A DNA stretch of 64,000 bases from Felis catus. Its lineage: Eukaryota. Of this stretch, positions 51,850 through 64,000 are shown in pieces. Where the stretch lies: NCBI RefSeq assembly GCF_018350175.1, contig NC_058368.1, positions 186,250,001 to 186,314,000 of the forward strand, given 5' to 3'. Each line of letters starts with the position of its first letter. Position 1 is the first letter of the stretch. Both the position numbers and the translations under genes were made by a program. The notes beneath the pieces were generated by a model. That model did not search any database and had not been told where the DNA came from. It worked only from the letters and a program-made list of their open reading frames with translations.

Positions 51850-53210
51850 TGACAATGATAAAAAATGCTAGTTCACAAAGGTAACAAGGTAAAAGTTAGA
51901 AAAACTTTCCTTGTTGGGTATTGATACTCATGCAATAATGCTCAGCAGGATTCTACAGGATTTGCTGAGGGGATTGGATTTGAAGCATTTACTTTGCTCA
52001 CAAGATTGTATTTGGCAAGTTTCAGGTCATCCATAATCTGAGATGCAGTAAAGGAAGGTAAATCAACTTTAAAGTTATTTAGGAATAGTTAACCTTCAGA
52101 AAAGTTTGACACTGCTCCTGTATACCAGTTTCAACCTGCAGAGGAGTCAGCAGGGTTTGCCACTAAGAAACACTTACTCCAGCACAGCAAGTCCAATTAT
52201 TTTCCCCCATAACTACTTCACTGTACAATGCAAACTGGTTTAGTAGTACCTTAAGTAGCACTTTGAGGTGGCTGAATGAATGACACTAAATATTAAAATT
52301 TACCTTATTCAACGGTTCAAGTACCTTATCAATTAATCTAAGCAACTAATAAACACCTTATTTTAATGTTTAATGTTCAAGTTGAACACTTTTTCACTTC
52401 TCAAAAAAGCAAAAAGTGAAACATCTGTAAAAATATTTATTTTGCTAGTAAGCCCATAGCTTGTCTATATAGGCAGAGATTCTTTTGACAAACTTTTAAT
52501 TGGGACTTTTAAGCTGGTGGGAAAGAATTACTTGAGGGTTATTGGCAGCATCTTCCACATCATTTTGATGCCCATGGGTTACAATGACAGAAGAATTTCT
52601 TGTTCCAAGAGTAGCAAACTGGATTTGTTGCCAAGATCCCAGATGGCCCATACTTTTTTACAGTCAAAACTTTGCTTGACAAAGAAACTTTTTATCATTT
52701 CAAAGATCTCAATTGCCTTTGCAGTTTCCAAAAGGAGTTTACAAAAATAGGGAGGTTTTTGATGTTGTTAGCAAGCATACAATAAAGGGAAATCAAACAG
52801 TTGCACTGAGAGAAATCATTAGTTTCTTTGTTGAATGATGAAAGAAAATGGTGTCATTGCAATTTCACTAGGTCCTGTGTCAAAGTCATAGAGAGATATG
52901 TCAGCAGACACATAATGGATGCCATAATTTATTAGAGGCTTGCTTCAATTTTCTTCCTCTGCTCTAAGCCACAAACTATATTAATTCATGCATGTTAGTC
53001 TGCTAAAGTTCCACCTGTCAGAGGTCCTACTCTGACAAAGCAATAGCATTAAGGTGTAATTAAAGTCAAAGCTTTTCTGTTGGGGCAAACCCAGACTTTA
53101 GTAAATTTCCAGCAATTCCAGACTGAGATGCTATCGTTTCAAAAATGATCCACATTATCTAAAGTATTTCTCAGCACCAGAAAAGGTAACGTGCTTCTTC
53201 AGCTTTTATT
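51850..53210 (-). mobile_element. Fossil hAT-Charlie (Charlie2-like) transposase coding region
   Basis: The minus strand at ~52750-52570 translates YFCKLLLETAKAIEIFEMIKSFFVKQSFDCKK...LGNKS...VIVTH, which matches the Charlie/Buster transposase core. Confidence 0.8.
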
Positions 53211-53278
53211 ACTGTAAGCTCCTATTGCTGGGAGATTTGCTATAGTGTAAGGTCCATAACTTCCATATCCTATGTGTT

Positions 53279-53635
53279 TTTATTAACCAGAGTTCTCTAG
53301 AGAAATAGACCCGAATAGGAGATACATATGTGTTATAGACTCTTGTCCAGATTTGAAGGCCTAAGGACAGGAATGCCAAGGGAAGAAGATTGATGTCTTA
53401 GCTCCCATGGTCAGCAGAAAGGGAGTTTAACCTTCCTTCACTTTTTGTTCTATCCAGGCTCTCAACAGATTGGATGATACCCAACTACCCCGAGGAGAAC
53501 AATCTGCTTTACTCAGTCTATCAATTCAAATGTTACTCTCCTTGGGAATCACAGACAAACCCCAAAATAATATTTAACCAGATATCTGGACATCCTGTGG
53601 CCCAGCCAAGCTCACATACAAAATTAACTATCACA
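53279..53635 (-). mobile_element. MLT2 (ERVL) solo LTR
   Basis: The minus strand starts TGTGATAGTTAATTTTGTATGTGAGCTTGGCTGGGCCACAGGATGTCCAGATATC. 5-bp TSD GTGTT at 53274-53278 and 53636-53640. Confidence 0.9.
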
Positions 53636-54316
53636 GTGTTCCTTTACATTCAAAAAGCAAAGTAAAAATAAAGTACATGTAATTTATCATACTTGGTTTC
53701 TGTCAATTTTTACCTGAAGCAAGATCCAAAGCATAAAAAACAATATATCATAATCATAATGGCAAAGTGTTTTTCGTTAATTTTCATTAAAGTGTAATAG
53801 TGTGAGCACTCACATCATGTAAATAATGACAATAGTATATTATGTGAATATGCCTCCATCCTGACCTGCATGGTTGACAAGAAGAAAAATCATAATGACA
53901 CGAGTACCAAATCATTAGTATCTCATAAAGAAAATTCACAGAGTAACATAAAAGGAAAGAAAGAAGGAGAAAATTGTTCCTGCATTAGTGCTCCATAATA
54001 TCCATTTATGTTGACATAGTGGAGTTGTTAAGATCAAATTCCCATCCTTGCAGAGAAACAGATACTCATCAGCTTGAAAATAAAATACATCCCTTAAGAC
54101 AAATTAATATAATCAATGATATTTTCTGAGTGTAGTAGTTATTTCCCTATGGTATTTATTACTATGTCTCCTCTGGACATTTGCTGACTTTTTAAACCTT
54201 AATTGGCTAAACATGTTTGTGAAGTTCCTTATTATCAAATTCATTATTATTGTTGTCAAAAATATACTAAGCATTGTACTAATTGCTATGTCAATCTCTA
54301 CTTATATATGCTTTTA

Positions 54317-54369
<53 letters not shown>

Positions 54370-54378
54370 GTATATATA
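54317..54378. repeat. (TG)n(TA)n compound microsatellite
   Basis: Directly visible. Confidence 0.95.
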
Positions 54379-55796
54379 AGAGATATATAAGAGATAAAAA
54401 AAAGAAGGTAGATATTGTTATCTTCATTTAGAAGTCTAAGGCCTCACCACTCAAAAGTCTGAAGAGCCTCTCACTCTAAAATAGTTATTCATTTTCAGGA
54501 AAATGTATAAATTATGATTTATGAATGAATTTGTATTTTCTCATTGACATATTTTCAGAGATTATAAATTTTTGTTTCTCAATAATCTTCCATTTCTTAT
54601 AGCATCTAATATTTCAAACCTAATTTATTTTTTATATTAGAAACTTTGCATAAACAAATCAATGTTTTGTGATTTAATTAAGAAAATATTTAAGAAACCC
54701 AGATAATTCAGTTTAACAGAAAATTCACTGACTTCTCTTTGCTAGCTGAAGATTTTAAAGCTCTGTTTACCAGAACAGAAAAACAGCTTTAATTTTAAAA
54801 TTTTTGATAAAGTTTCCAATAAACCTGTGTAAGTGGAAACTTATTATTACATTAATCATAGCTGCCATCTATCACTTACTATGTCTAACTACGGTACTCA
54901 TATACGCATTTTATCTTCTCAACCAGACTATGAGGTAGACACTCTTATCCAATTTACAGATAAAAGAATAAAAGAACTGAGGCTTACCAATGTTATACAG
55001 TTTGCCCAAGATTATAGAAGCAGTGAGCAAGTTGGTGTTTGAAACTAGATAAGACTGATTCAAAACTAGGTATCTTAAACATAATAGTACACTGAACCTT
55101 TGGTCCATGAAAAAGATCTCTATTAATTTAAGGTTGTATTCCTATCACAACAAGTTATAGCCTAACAATGCTGTAATAAACACTTTCTTCAAAATTGAAG
55201 GATTTGATGGTGTCTCATTCTCAACAAATTTACATTTCAAGATTAGTGCCTATCTCTAGAAGGTATCTATGTTCTTCCAGTGTATAAGTTGTTTCTTTTG
55301 GATTGTGGTTTATCTTTGCTTTAAATTCTAACAGGGATTTTCATCTCTTCACTCAACATGCAATTATTTAGTATTTATTATATTCTTTCCTAGACCCAAA
55401 TCATTCAAGGATGAACATTACATATAGGTTTCCAGATTCATGGAATTTATCATCTGAAGACAAACTACGAATATATTACTATAGTATTTTCTTGTGTTGT
55501 GTCTTAATTTCCTAAAATATGAATGTTGAGAAAAAAGAAGTAATTTAAGATTTCTACAAATTTGTCTGTGTTAATCAGAATTTTACTAAATTACTTTCTT
55601 AGAGTACATGTATTCATCAGAAATAAATTCTTAAATACTTTAACAAGTATGTCCTGGTATTCTTGGTGGTACTTAGTATGCAACCAAAATTTACTCTTTA
55701 TCCTGCCTAAAAGAGTTAAGTAGCAAATAAACCCCTCTCAAAATTAATATAACTCACAGGTAACTGACGTCAAATTCCATTAACAATCATCTTTTC

Positions 55797-56803
55797 TGGC
55801 ACAAAAACAGACACTCAGATCAATGGAACAGAATAGAGAACCCAGAAATGGACCCAAAAACATATGGTCAACTAATCTTTGACAAAGCAGGAAAGAATAT
55901 CCAATGGAATAAAGACAGTCTCTTTAGCAAGTAGTGCTGGGAAAACTGGCCAGTGAATGAACCAGGACCACTCTCTTACACCATACACAAAAATAAACTC
56001 AAAATTAATGAACAACATATATATAAGACAGGAAGCCATGAGAATCCTCGAGGAGAAAGCAGGCAAAAACCTCTTTGATATTGGCCGCAGCAACTTCTTA
56101 CTCAACATGTCTCTGGAGGCAAGGGAAACAAAAGCAAAAATGAACTACTGGGCCCTCAACAAAATAAAAAGCTTCTGCACAGCCAAGGAAACAATCAGCA
56201 AAACTAAAAGGCAACTGATGGAATGGGAGAAGATATTTGTAAACGACATTTGCAAAAGATATTGCAGTATCCAAAGGGTTAATATCCAAAATCCATAAAG
56301 AACTTACCAAACTCAACACCTGAAAAACAATCCAGTGAAGAAATGGGAAAAAGACATGAATAGACACTTCTCCAAAGAAGACATCCAGATGGCCAACAGA
56401 TACATGAAAAGATGTTCAACATCACTCATCATCAGGGAAATACAAATCTAAACCACACTGAGATATCACTTCGCACCATTCAGAGTGGCTGAAATTAACA
56501 ACTTAGGCAACAACAGATGTTGATGAGGATGTGGAGAAACAAGAACCCTCTTGTACTGTTGGTAGGAATGCAAACTGGTACAGCCGCTCTGGAAAACAAT
56601 GTGGAGGTTTCTCAAAAAATTAAAAATAAAACTACCCTACGACCCAGCAATTGCACCACTAGGTATTTATTCAAGGGATACAGGTATACTGTTTCAAAGG
56701 GACACATGCACCCAAATGTTTATAGCAGCACTATAAACAATAGCCACAGTATGGCAAGAGCCCAAATGTCCATCAATGAATGACTGGGTAAAGAAGATGG
56801 TGG

Positions 56804-56846
<43 letters not shown>

Positions 56847-57207
56847 ACACGCACATGCACACACAATGGAGTATTACTCGGCAATCAAAAAGAATGAAAT
56901 CTTGCCATTTGCAACTATGTGGATGGAACTAGAGGGTATTATGCTAAGCAAAATTAGTCAGAGAAAGACAAATATCATATGAATTCACTCATCTGAGGAC
57001 TTTAAGAGACAAAACAGATGAACATAAGAGAAGGGAAACAAAAATAATATAAAAACAGGGAGGGGGACAAAACAGAAGAGACTCATAAATATGGAGATAA
57101 AACTGAGGGTTACTGGAGGGGTTGTGGGACGGGGAATGGGCTAAATGGGTAAGAGGCATTAAGGGATCTACTTCTGAAATCATTGTTGGACTATAATAAT
57201 TAAAAAA
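55797..57207 (+). mobile_element. 5'-truncated feliform L1 (different 3'UTR type) with an internal (CA)n
   Basis: ORF2 remnants ([37 protein letters not shown]) and a 3'UTR ending GAAATCATTGTTG. No clear TSD. Confidence 0.96.
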
Positions 57208-57770
57208 TTTCTTAAAACTGTGAACCAGAGACCATAGACCGAAAGTGCTGTATATATATTTTAATATTTCTGGCATATTATTAACCAAATTCAGTGTGCT
57301 AGAAGATAGCCACATATTTTTTCCCTTTATGTAGAATTTTGACACTTCTGTTTTGTACACCAATATTCAGTTTTGAAAAAATTTTGAATCTTGCCTAAAA
57401 AGGATGGTACTGTGTATTTTACAATGTAATAAACATATCTGCTTTTCTAATGAAAAAAAATTATCTTTGCTTGTATTATCATTCTTAAACACAAAAGAAA
57501 AATCTTTTATTAGTTTAGGTATCGTATGCTTAATATTCTATTATTTCTAAATTTAAAAAATCAAATTTCCTTTCCAATTATAATTAGCTAATTATAATTG
57601 ATATCCAGACAGAGGGCATGTTTCTGTCTGCAAGGTTACCTTTAAACCACTCAACTGTATTCACTAAAATATTCAATGAAATTGATGCTTTGTTTTCCCC
57701 AGATCTTAGCATCAAGGCTTTGGCAAACAAATGGATTACATACAGGTTACCATTTAAAATGCTAGAAACA

Positions 57771-57987
57771 GGGGTGCCTTAGTGGCTCAGTCAGTTAAGC
57801 ATATGACTTTGGCTCAGGTCATGATTTCATGGTTCATTGGTTCAAGTCCCATGTTGGGCTCTGTACTGACAGCTCAGAGCCCAGAGTCTACTTCAGGTTC
57901 TGTGTCTCCCTCTCTCTCTGCTCCTACCCCACTCATGCTCTGTATCTCTCTCTAAAAAATAAAATAAACATTAAAAAAAATTTTTAA
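57771..57987 (+). mobile_element. CAN-SINE
   Basis: GGGGTGCCTTAGTGGCTCAGTCAGTTAAGC head, (CT)n and A tail. Confidence 0.95.
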
Positions 57988-59211
57988 ACCCCCAAGTTAC
58001 TTCTTTAAAGTTCATTTCCCCTTTCTTTAATTTTTACTTGCTAAAAACATAATTTTAGTTGATCAATAACATAACCATATAATTAACATTATATTATGTT
58101 AAACCCAGGTGTTAAGTAATGAAGCTAACATCAATTGACCGGTTTGTAGTCACTAAGACAGGTCTCCTGACTTAAAGCTGTACTCTTTTTAAACCATGAC
58201 TCATTCATGTTGAGTTCAAATTTAGATTTTCAAAATTGTTGACATACTTTATTTGAATACCCATGACAGATAATGAAATAATTTCAAGTAATTCTGAAAA
58301 TATGTTTTATTTCTATGTCATTTTTGTTTTATAAGATAAATGCGTTTCTCCTAATATTTCAAAATTCAAAGAACAAACAAAATTGATCTTCCAGAACTAT
58401 TCTCCCTTTTGGTATGCTCATGAAAACATTTCCAACCCTTTTCTTAACTTATTTCAAGCGTGGTTTTAGAATCCATACTACTATATTCCTGGAGGCTAGC
58501 ATCAGTCCATCTTGGTGACATAAAAGCTAAAACTTCTTTGAAATTCTTTGTTTAATGATGGATAGTTCTGAAACATCCTGCATGTTTTTCACCCTTAACA
58601 GAGTCAGCCTTTAGAAGACAACTTTATGGGGAAGCCACAATTTATAATGGTCTTGCATCTTCCAAGTTTTCTCTAGCAAAAGCTAGAATCAGAGTCCTAA
58701 AGTTGGAAACAGTATTGGAAATCTTAAACCCCCCTCTAATGAAGGATTAGATCCTTCTTTTGATTTGTGTGTGATTCAGTCAAACCAAAAAATGTGCTAT
58801 TCTTTTCTACACAAAAGAACTCATATTTGTAGATGCAGATTTTATCTCCCTTTAGCATTTGCTTCTCTAAGAAGAAAGCATTGGGTCCTTTGAGGTTCTT
58901 AATAGAATATTCATTCTAGAGTTTTCACTATATTGGATGCTCTAAACTGAACACAATTGAAATTATAACTATCTTTTTAATTATAGAGTCCCAAATATCC
59001 TGTTTATCACTTTCTTGGGAACTATTTGGTAGTCTGTTAATCAAAAAATGTGAAACTATTACTTAAAAAATTATTTCACTCAGACAAAAAATTATTTTTG
59101 TCTTAAGTTACTCAAAACACATTTCCAATCACTTTCTACTTCACTAAGAGTCCCATTAAAAATACTTTCTGCAAAGCCCCATCTAAATATGCATCTTGTC
59201 AGCTTATTTAT

Positions 59212-59246
59212 CCCTTTCTTCCCTCCCTACCCCTTTCTCTCTCCCT

Positions 59247-59290
<44 letters not shown>

Positions 59291-59325
59291 CCCTCTCCTC
59301 TTCTCTTTCTCTTTCATTTCCTTTT
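59212..59325. repeat. CT-rich low-complexity tract
   Basis: (CCCTCT)n and (CT)n. Confidence 0.9.
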
Positions 59326-59516
59326 GTCAGTTAGAGCTGGTAGCCTGGATCAACGTTTTTGTTGTTTGATTTGTTTTTTGTTTTTTTAAACATGCATGAC
59401 CTTCTCTTGGCTCTCCTTAATTACCTAGCCGTTCTGAGCCTGGTGAATATCTGCAAATTAATTTTTTCCTTCTATGTCCCTTCTATGATACTGGCCCTGT
59501 GGGAGTAATTGAGAGT

Positions 59517-59521
<5 letters not shown>

Positions 59522-59568
<47 letters not shown>

Positions 59569-59624
59569 ATACACACACACACACACACACACATATATAT
59601 GTGTGTGTATATATATATATATAT

Positions 59625-59657
<33 letters not shown>
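59522..59657. repeat. Compound (TA)n-(GA)n-(CA)n-(TG)n-(TA)n microsatellite
   Basis: Directly visible. It generates the YIYI-type ORFs in the track. Confidence 0.97.
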
Positions 59658-59959
59658 CTTCCCAATCACTCTTCTATCACTCTTTCTTGAAAAAGAAGCC
59701 TTTCTCCTTGGCATTTCATTATGACCAAGCCCATGTCATATAATCAGAGAAAACTAGGGAAAGTATCCTGGATTATTCTGAGATACTTATATTAAAGGAG
59801 TTTACATTGTGCAGGCAAGTCTGAACACTTTTAAAGGTGTTCCTTTTCTACATACCCCCTTCATATTTCGTATATACCCAGATATCTAAAATAGCTCTTG
59901 GGTTGTGTGTGCGTGCGTGTGTGTGTACGCAAAACAGATTTTTTTTCACTAGTAGAACT

Positions 59960-60206
59960 AAGTGTTTTCCAAACAGCAGACTGTGACCCATAAGTGGTGA
60001 TTATAGCAACTTACGTATCATAAGAAAATTTTAAATGAAATGAAACAAAATATGTGAGTATAGAATACATACTGCAGTTAAATATATATGTATATGTAAG
60101 TGTAAATATAGGTGTATATGGATGTATATGTAAGCATGTACTGTGTCGTGATATCAAATGGATTTTTATAGTGTATCACAATGAGGAAAATGTTTGAAAA
60201 CCACTG
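59960..60206. mobile_element. Non-autonomous hAT-Charlie MITE
   Basis: Degenerate terminal inverted repeats AGTGTTTTCCAAAC and GTTTGAAAACCACTG, with internal TGTGACCCATAAGTGG and GTACTGTGTCGTGAT. Confidence 0.6.
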
Positions 60207-60415
60207 ATTTAGTCAATTTCTTTGGGATATCCTCACTAATTTTCTCTGACTCTTTTGCTTCTAAGTTTCTATAGTTTTATGGATAACCCTCTGTAGTTTC
60301 AAAGTTAGACAATTTAGGAATTAAGGAGCAAGATGCTGAGATTATCAGCAAACAACATCTGGAGACACTCTGGAATATTCTAAAGTACACGCGACTTTAG
60401 AAAATATAGATTCCA

Positions 60416-60638
60416 GGGGCGCCTGGGTGGCGCAGTCGGTTAAGCATCCGACTTCAGCCAGGTCACCATCTCGCGGTCCATGAGTTTGAGCCCCGCGTCG
60501 GGCTCTGGGCTGATGGCTCAGAGCCTGGAGCCTGTTTCCGATTCTGTGTCTCCCTCTCTCTCTGCCCCTCCCCCGTTCATGCTCTGTCTCTCTCTGTCCC
60601 AAAAATAAATAAACGTTGAAAAAAAAAATTAAAAAAAA
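60416..60638 (+). mobile_element. Young CAN-SINE (CpG-rich subfamily)
   Basis: GGGGCGCCTGGGTGGCGCAGTCGG head. Perfect 17-bp TSD AGAAAATATAGATTCCA at 60399-60415 and 60639-60655. Confidence 0.99.
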
Positions 60639-60892
60639 AGAAAATATAGATTCCATAATCCTCTCGTCCTGCTATTTCTTGAGATGCTTGTTTCAGAATG
60701 TACTCTATGAGATAATGATAAGACATCACATTGCTTACTCCTGTACTGAATGACTTCATAAGAATAATACATTCATCCAAGTTTGCAACTGTTTTGCTTT
60801 CATGTCTTCCAGCTAACTCTGAGATCTACCAGAGACCACTACTCTAAGAAGGAGGGGCCTATGAACATAATGGTTTCACTAAATAATAGCCT

Positions 60893-61015
60893 TGTATGGT
60901 AGCTACACTTGTGGTGAGCACAGCATAATGTATAAACCTTTTGAATCACTATGTTGTATACCTGAAATGAATGCAACATTGGATGTCAACTATAATTAAA
61001 TAATAACAAAAAAAG
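60893..61015 (+). mobile_element. Short carnivore L1 3'-end fragment
   Basis: GGTAGCTACACTTGTGGTGAGCA...GAATCACTATGTTGTATACCTGAAA...TCAACTATA, homologous to 36610-36705. Confidence 0.88.
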
Positions 61016-62939
61016 AATGAGAATATTGAGTTCATTTAGAACAAAAAGTCCTAATTATGGTAATAGGCTTCTCTTCTATATTTGAATTTGCCCTTTTCTT
61101 GCATTTACTTTTACACAGAATCTGTGTGTACATTTATCACAAAATGCTTTGTAACGTAACGACTTGATGAGGAAATTACATCTCCCACATCAAGTGACAT
61201 GAGAGAATAGCTCTGTCCCTACTTTACAGGTCAACATAATGCACGTAATATCACATTTCAGGATGTAAACAGGTTAACACAACACCCAACATTAGAGCAC
61301 AGTTTCCTCAGAAAGTGGCAAGTGAGGGACAAAGGGCAAAATCATGAGTCTCTCTTACTAAAAGCCCAAGTACTGAATTTTTAAATGAAAATAGATAATA
61401 ATGTTTTTCTATTCATGTTAAGATAAATGGTTAATTTCCCTATGTAGTGTGTATTTAGCATAAAATGGTCCTATATACTCTAGGGTCCTTAGTATTTGTT
61501 AGTCATTTCTCTTGCAAAATCTGATCTCCTGGAGAGACACAATCCATTTAGAAATTTGAATCAACAATTAAAATCTCTGCTTTTCAGAGTATCACACATC
61601 TTATTTTTAATAAGAGGCTAGTGTGTGTGATTATTTCCTCCTTCTCTCCCTTTCACCCTCCCTCATTCCCATTCCCAACCTTGGAATTTCTCTCCTGTTC
61701 TCTCTTTCATCTCTTACCAGCCTGTTAAGATGCCTCTCACACTTGGGAAGCTGTTATGAGCTGAAAAAAGGAAAGAAATGACAGGTGTACACTGAGAGGG
61801 TACAATGTGAAGATTCTGTAGAGATGGTGCTTATAGGAAACTCAGAAATAATGAGGCTGATAAACTCTAGTCCAGAATGGCTCCTTCTAGACAAAAATAA
61901 ATCAGTACTGGGAAAAGTCCAGTGCACAAAAATCTCATGATACCATATTTTTCATACTATGAGCTTTCATTGACTTACAGGCTAAAATTAATCCCCTCTA
62001 AAGTCCATTAACTACTTCAGAGAGGTCTATGGATGATGATGATGATGGTGATGCTCACATGGCTTCAGGAACAGGTTATTTCTTGCAAGCTCTTGATTCT
62101 GCCCCCAGGCTGTTGCTGCTGTGATGACCCTCATGAATACACATGTCTGAAGCATTTAGTGACTGTCCCACTCTTCTCCTTTCATGAGCTCAGTGGATAA
62201 GACCCCTCTTTCCACTTTTCTAGTCCACCCCAAGCATAGAGAAAGACCTTCCATTCTGTTCACCATTGTTACTGAAACTCCCAGACTGTAACTTCTCATG
62301 AGAATTTACCAAAAGCTTGAGATAATAAGAGGGAAATATAACACATAGACTAAATTACAGCTTCTCCGCATGAGCTCTGCCTTAGTTTCTTCTCTGTGTT
62401 GCTCTGGGCCATCTTCACATATCCAGAGGAAATTCAACCTCCACTCCCTCCATGGGCAACATTCTAAGATTGTCCATGCTCTGGAATGGTTCTTACCTCC
62501 TACACAGAGAGAGGAAGAGGAAGTTTTTTCTCACTAGTGTCTGAGGATCATATTCTGGATTTCCATTTTTCTGCCCCACGTATGACCTCTTCTTAAGATA
62601 GATATCTGACAATGAAAAATGTCATTGGTTAGAATAAAAAAAATCCTGTCCATAGTCATTCACATGGTTTTCTGACATTAGTACTTCTATTGGACTTATT
62701 ATTTAATCAGACTTAAATAAAATTATGTATGGGACATAAAGAGTATAATTTAGATAGACCAAAACAAGCTAATGCCAAACAAGCTTGCAAACATTTGGGG
62801 GATCTTGAATCACTGTGGTTCACCCAATGGGAGTCCACTAATATGAAATTTATGGGCTTTGTAGGGTAGTTATCCTGATGTTTTCCTTTTATCAAAAAAT
62901 GAAAAAAAGATTTTTGAATCAAAGTATTAGAAATGTGTT

Positions 62940-64000
62940 GCCTATTTCAAGAAGCAAGAAAATTTTCAAAATACAAAACATAAGCTTACACCTAAAGGGA
63001 GCTAGAAAAAGAACAACAAATGAAGCCTAAATCCACAAGAAAAAGATAAATAGTAAAGATTAGAGCAGAAATAAATAATATATATATCAACAAATAAGCA
63101 AACAACAAAACAACAACAACAAAAACCCCAGCAGAATATATGAAACCAGGAGATGGTTCTTTCAAAAAATTAATAAAATTAATAAATCCCTAGCCAGACA
63201 TAACAAAAAGTAAAGAGAAATAACCCAAATAGATAAAATCATGAATGAAAAAGGAGAAATCACAACCAACACCACATAAATACAAACAATTATAAGAAAA
63301 TATTATGAAAAATTATATGCCAAAAATTAGGCAATTTGTAATAAATGGATAAATTCCTAGAAACATATAAACTACCAAAACTGAAAAAGGAAGAAATACA
63401 AAACCTGATCAGACCAATAATCTGCAAAGAATCTGAATAAGTAATAAAAAATCTCCCAACAAACCAAAGTTCAGGGCCAGATGGCTTCCCAGGGGAAATC
63501 TAACAAACATTTAAAGAAGAGTTAATACATATTCTTCTCAAACTACCCCCAAAAACAGAAATGGAAGAAAAACTTCCAAATTCATTCTACATGGCCAACA
63601 TTACCTTGATTCTACACCACACAAAGACCCTATTGAAAAAGAGAATAATAGGTCAATATCCCTGATGAACATGGATGCAAAAATATTCAACAAAATACTA
63701 GAAAATTGAATCTAATAGTATATTAAAGAATCATTCACCATAATAAAATAGGGTTTATTCCAAAATTGCAAGATGAGTCAATATTTGCAAATCAATCACT
63801 ATGATACGCAACATTAATAAAAGAAAGGACAAGAACCATATCATCCTCTCGACAGATGCAGAAAATGCAATTGACAAACTACAGCATCCATTCTTGGTAA
63901 AAACCCTCAACTAAGTAGGGATAGAGGGTACCTCAATATCATAAAAGCCATATATAAAAAACCCACAGCTAATATCATCATCAATGGGAAAAAAATGAGA
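62940..64000 (+). mobile_element. L1 ORF2 internal region (linker into the RT domain), degraded, running off the window end
   Basis: GAGAATAATAGGTCAATATCCCTGATGAACATGGATGCAAAAATATTCAACAAAATACTA encodes ENNRSISLMNMDAKIFNKIL. Many stops and frameshifts. Confidence 0.96.

Noticed and set aside
59082..59103. Small hairpins (9-bp stem here; 8-bp stems near 53017 and 57606)
   Set aside because: Short stems of this kind are expected by chance in 64 kb and show no ncRNA features.
59472..59724. YI/HT-repeat ORFs
   Set aside because: They are translations of dinucleotide microsatellites.
1854..60638. SINE polarity (all minus before 17.2 kb, all plus after 43 kb)
   Set aside because: The numbers are small, the middle region is mixed and the partition is post hoc. 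There is no independent evidence of an inversion, since the L1s stay on + throughout.
61945..62620. More GC-rich stretch resembling an old ERVL-type LTR
   Set aside because: I could not identify termini, a TSD or a family with enough confidence to list it.
1..64000. Prokaryotic-style systems (CRISPR array, operon, defence island) or an intact host CDS
   Set aside because: The sequence is mammalian repeat-rich DNA. There is no regular repeat-spacer array and no long non-TE ORF.

Overview
This is AT-rich, CpG-poor mammalian DNA, almost certainly from a felid: it carries feliform CAN-SINEs and cat-type L1 3'UTRs. I recognise no host protein-coding gene. Every ORF-track entry I can assign is an L1 ORF2 remnant, a SINE or microsatellite read-through, or a chance ORF. 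The window is dominated by transposable elements. These include 16 CAN-SINE copies plus one orphan head, about 11 L1 fragments of widely different ages (10 on +), ERV1/ERVL/MaLR solo LTRs, L2 and MIR relics, a fossil hAT-Charlie transposase and a probable fossil RTE-clade LINE. I cannot support a new biological system here. The best leads are: (i) a strong + bias of L1s, together with several minus-strand exon-like units (39 nt, 112 nt and a possible 3-nt microexon), suggesting an unrecognised minus-strand transcription unit; (ii) a candidate 32-nt L1 3' transduction; (iii) very young, possibly polymorphic L1 and SINE insertions with perfect target-site duplications (TSDs). Repeat family names come from my memory of consensus sequences and need RepeatMasker/Dfam confirmation. 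Boundaries of old repeats are approximate.
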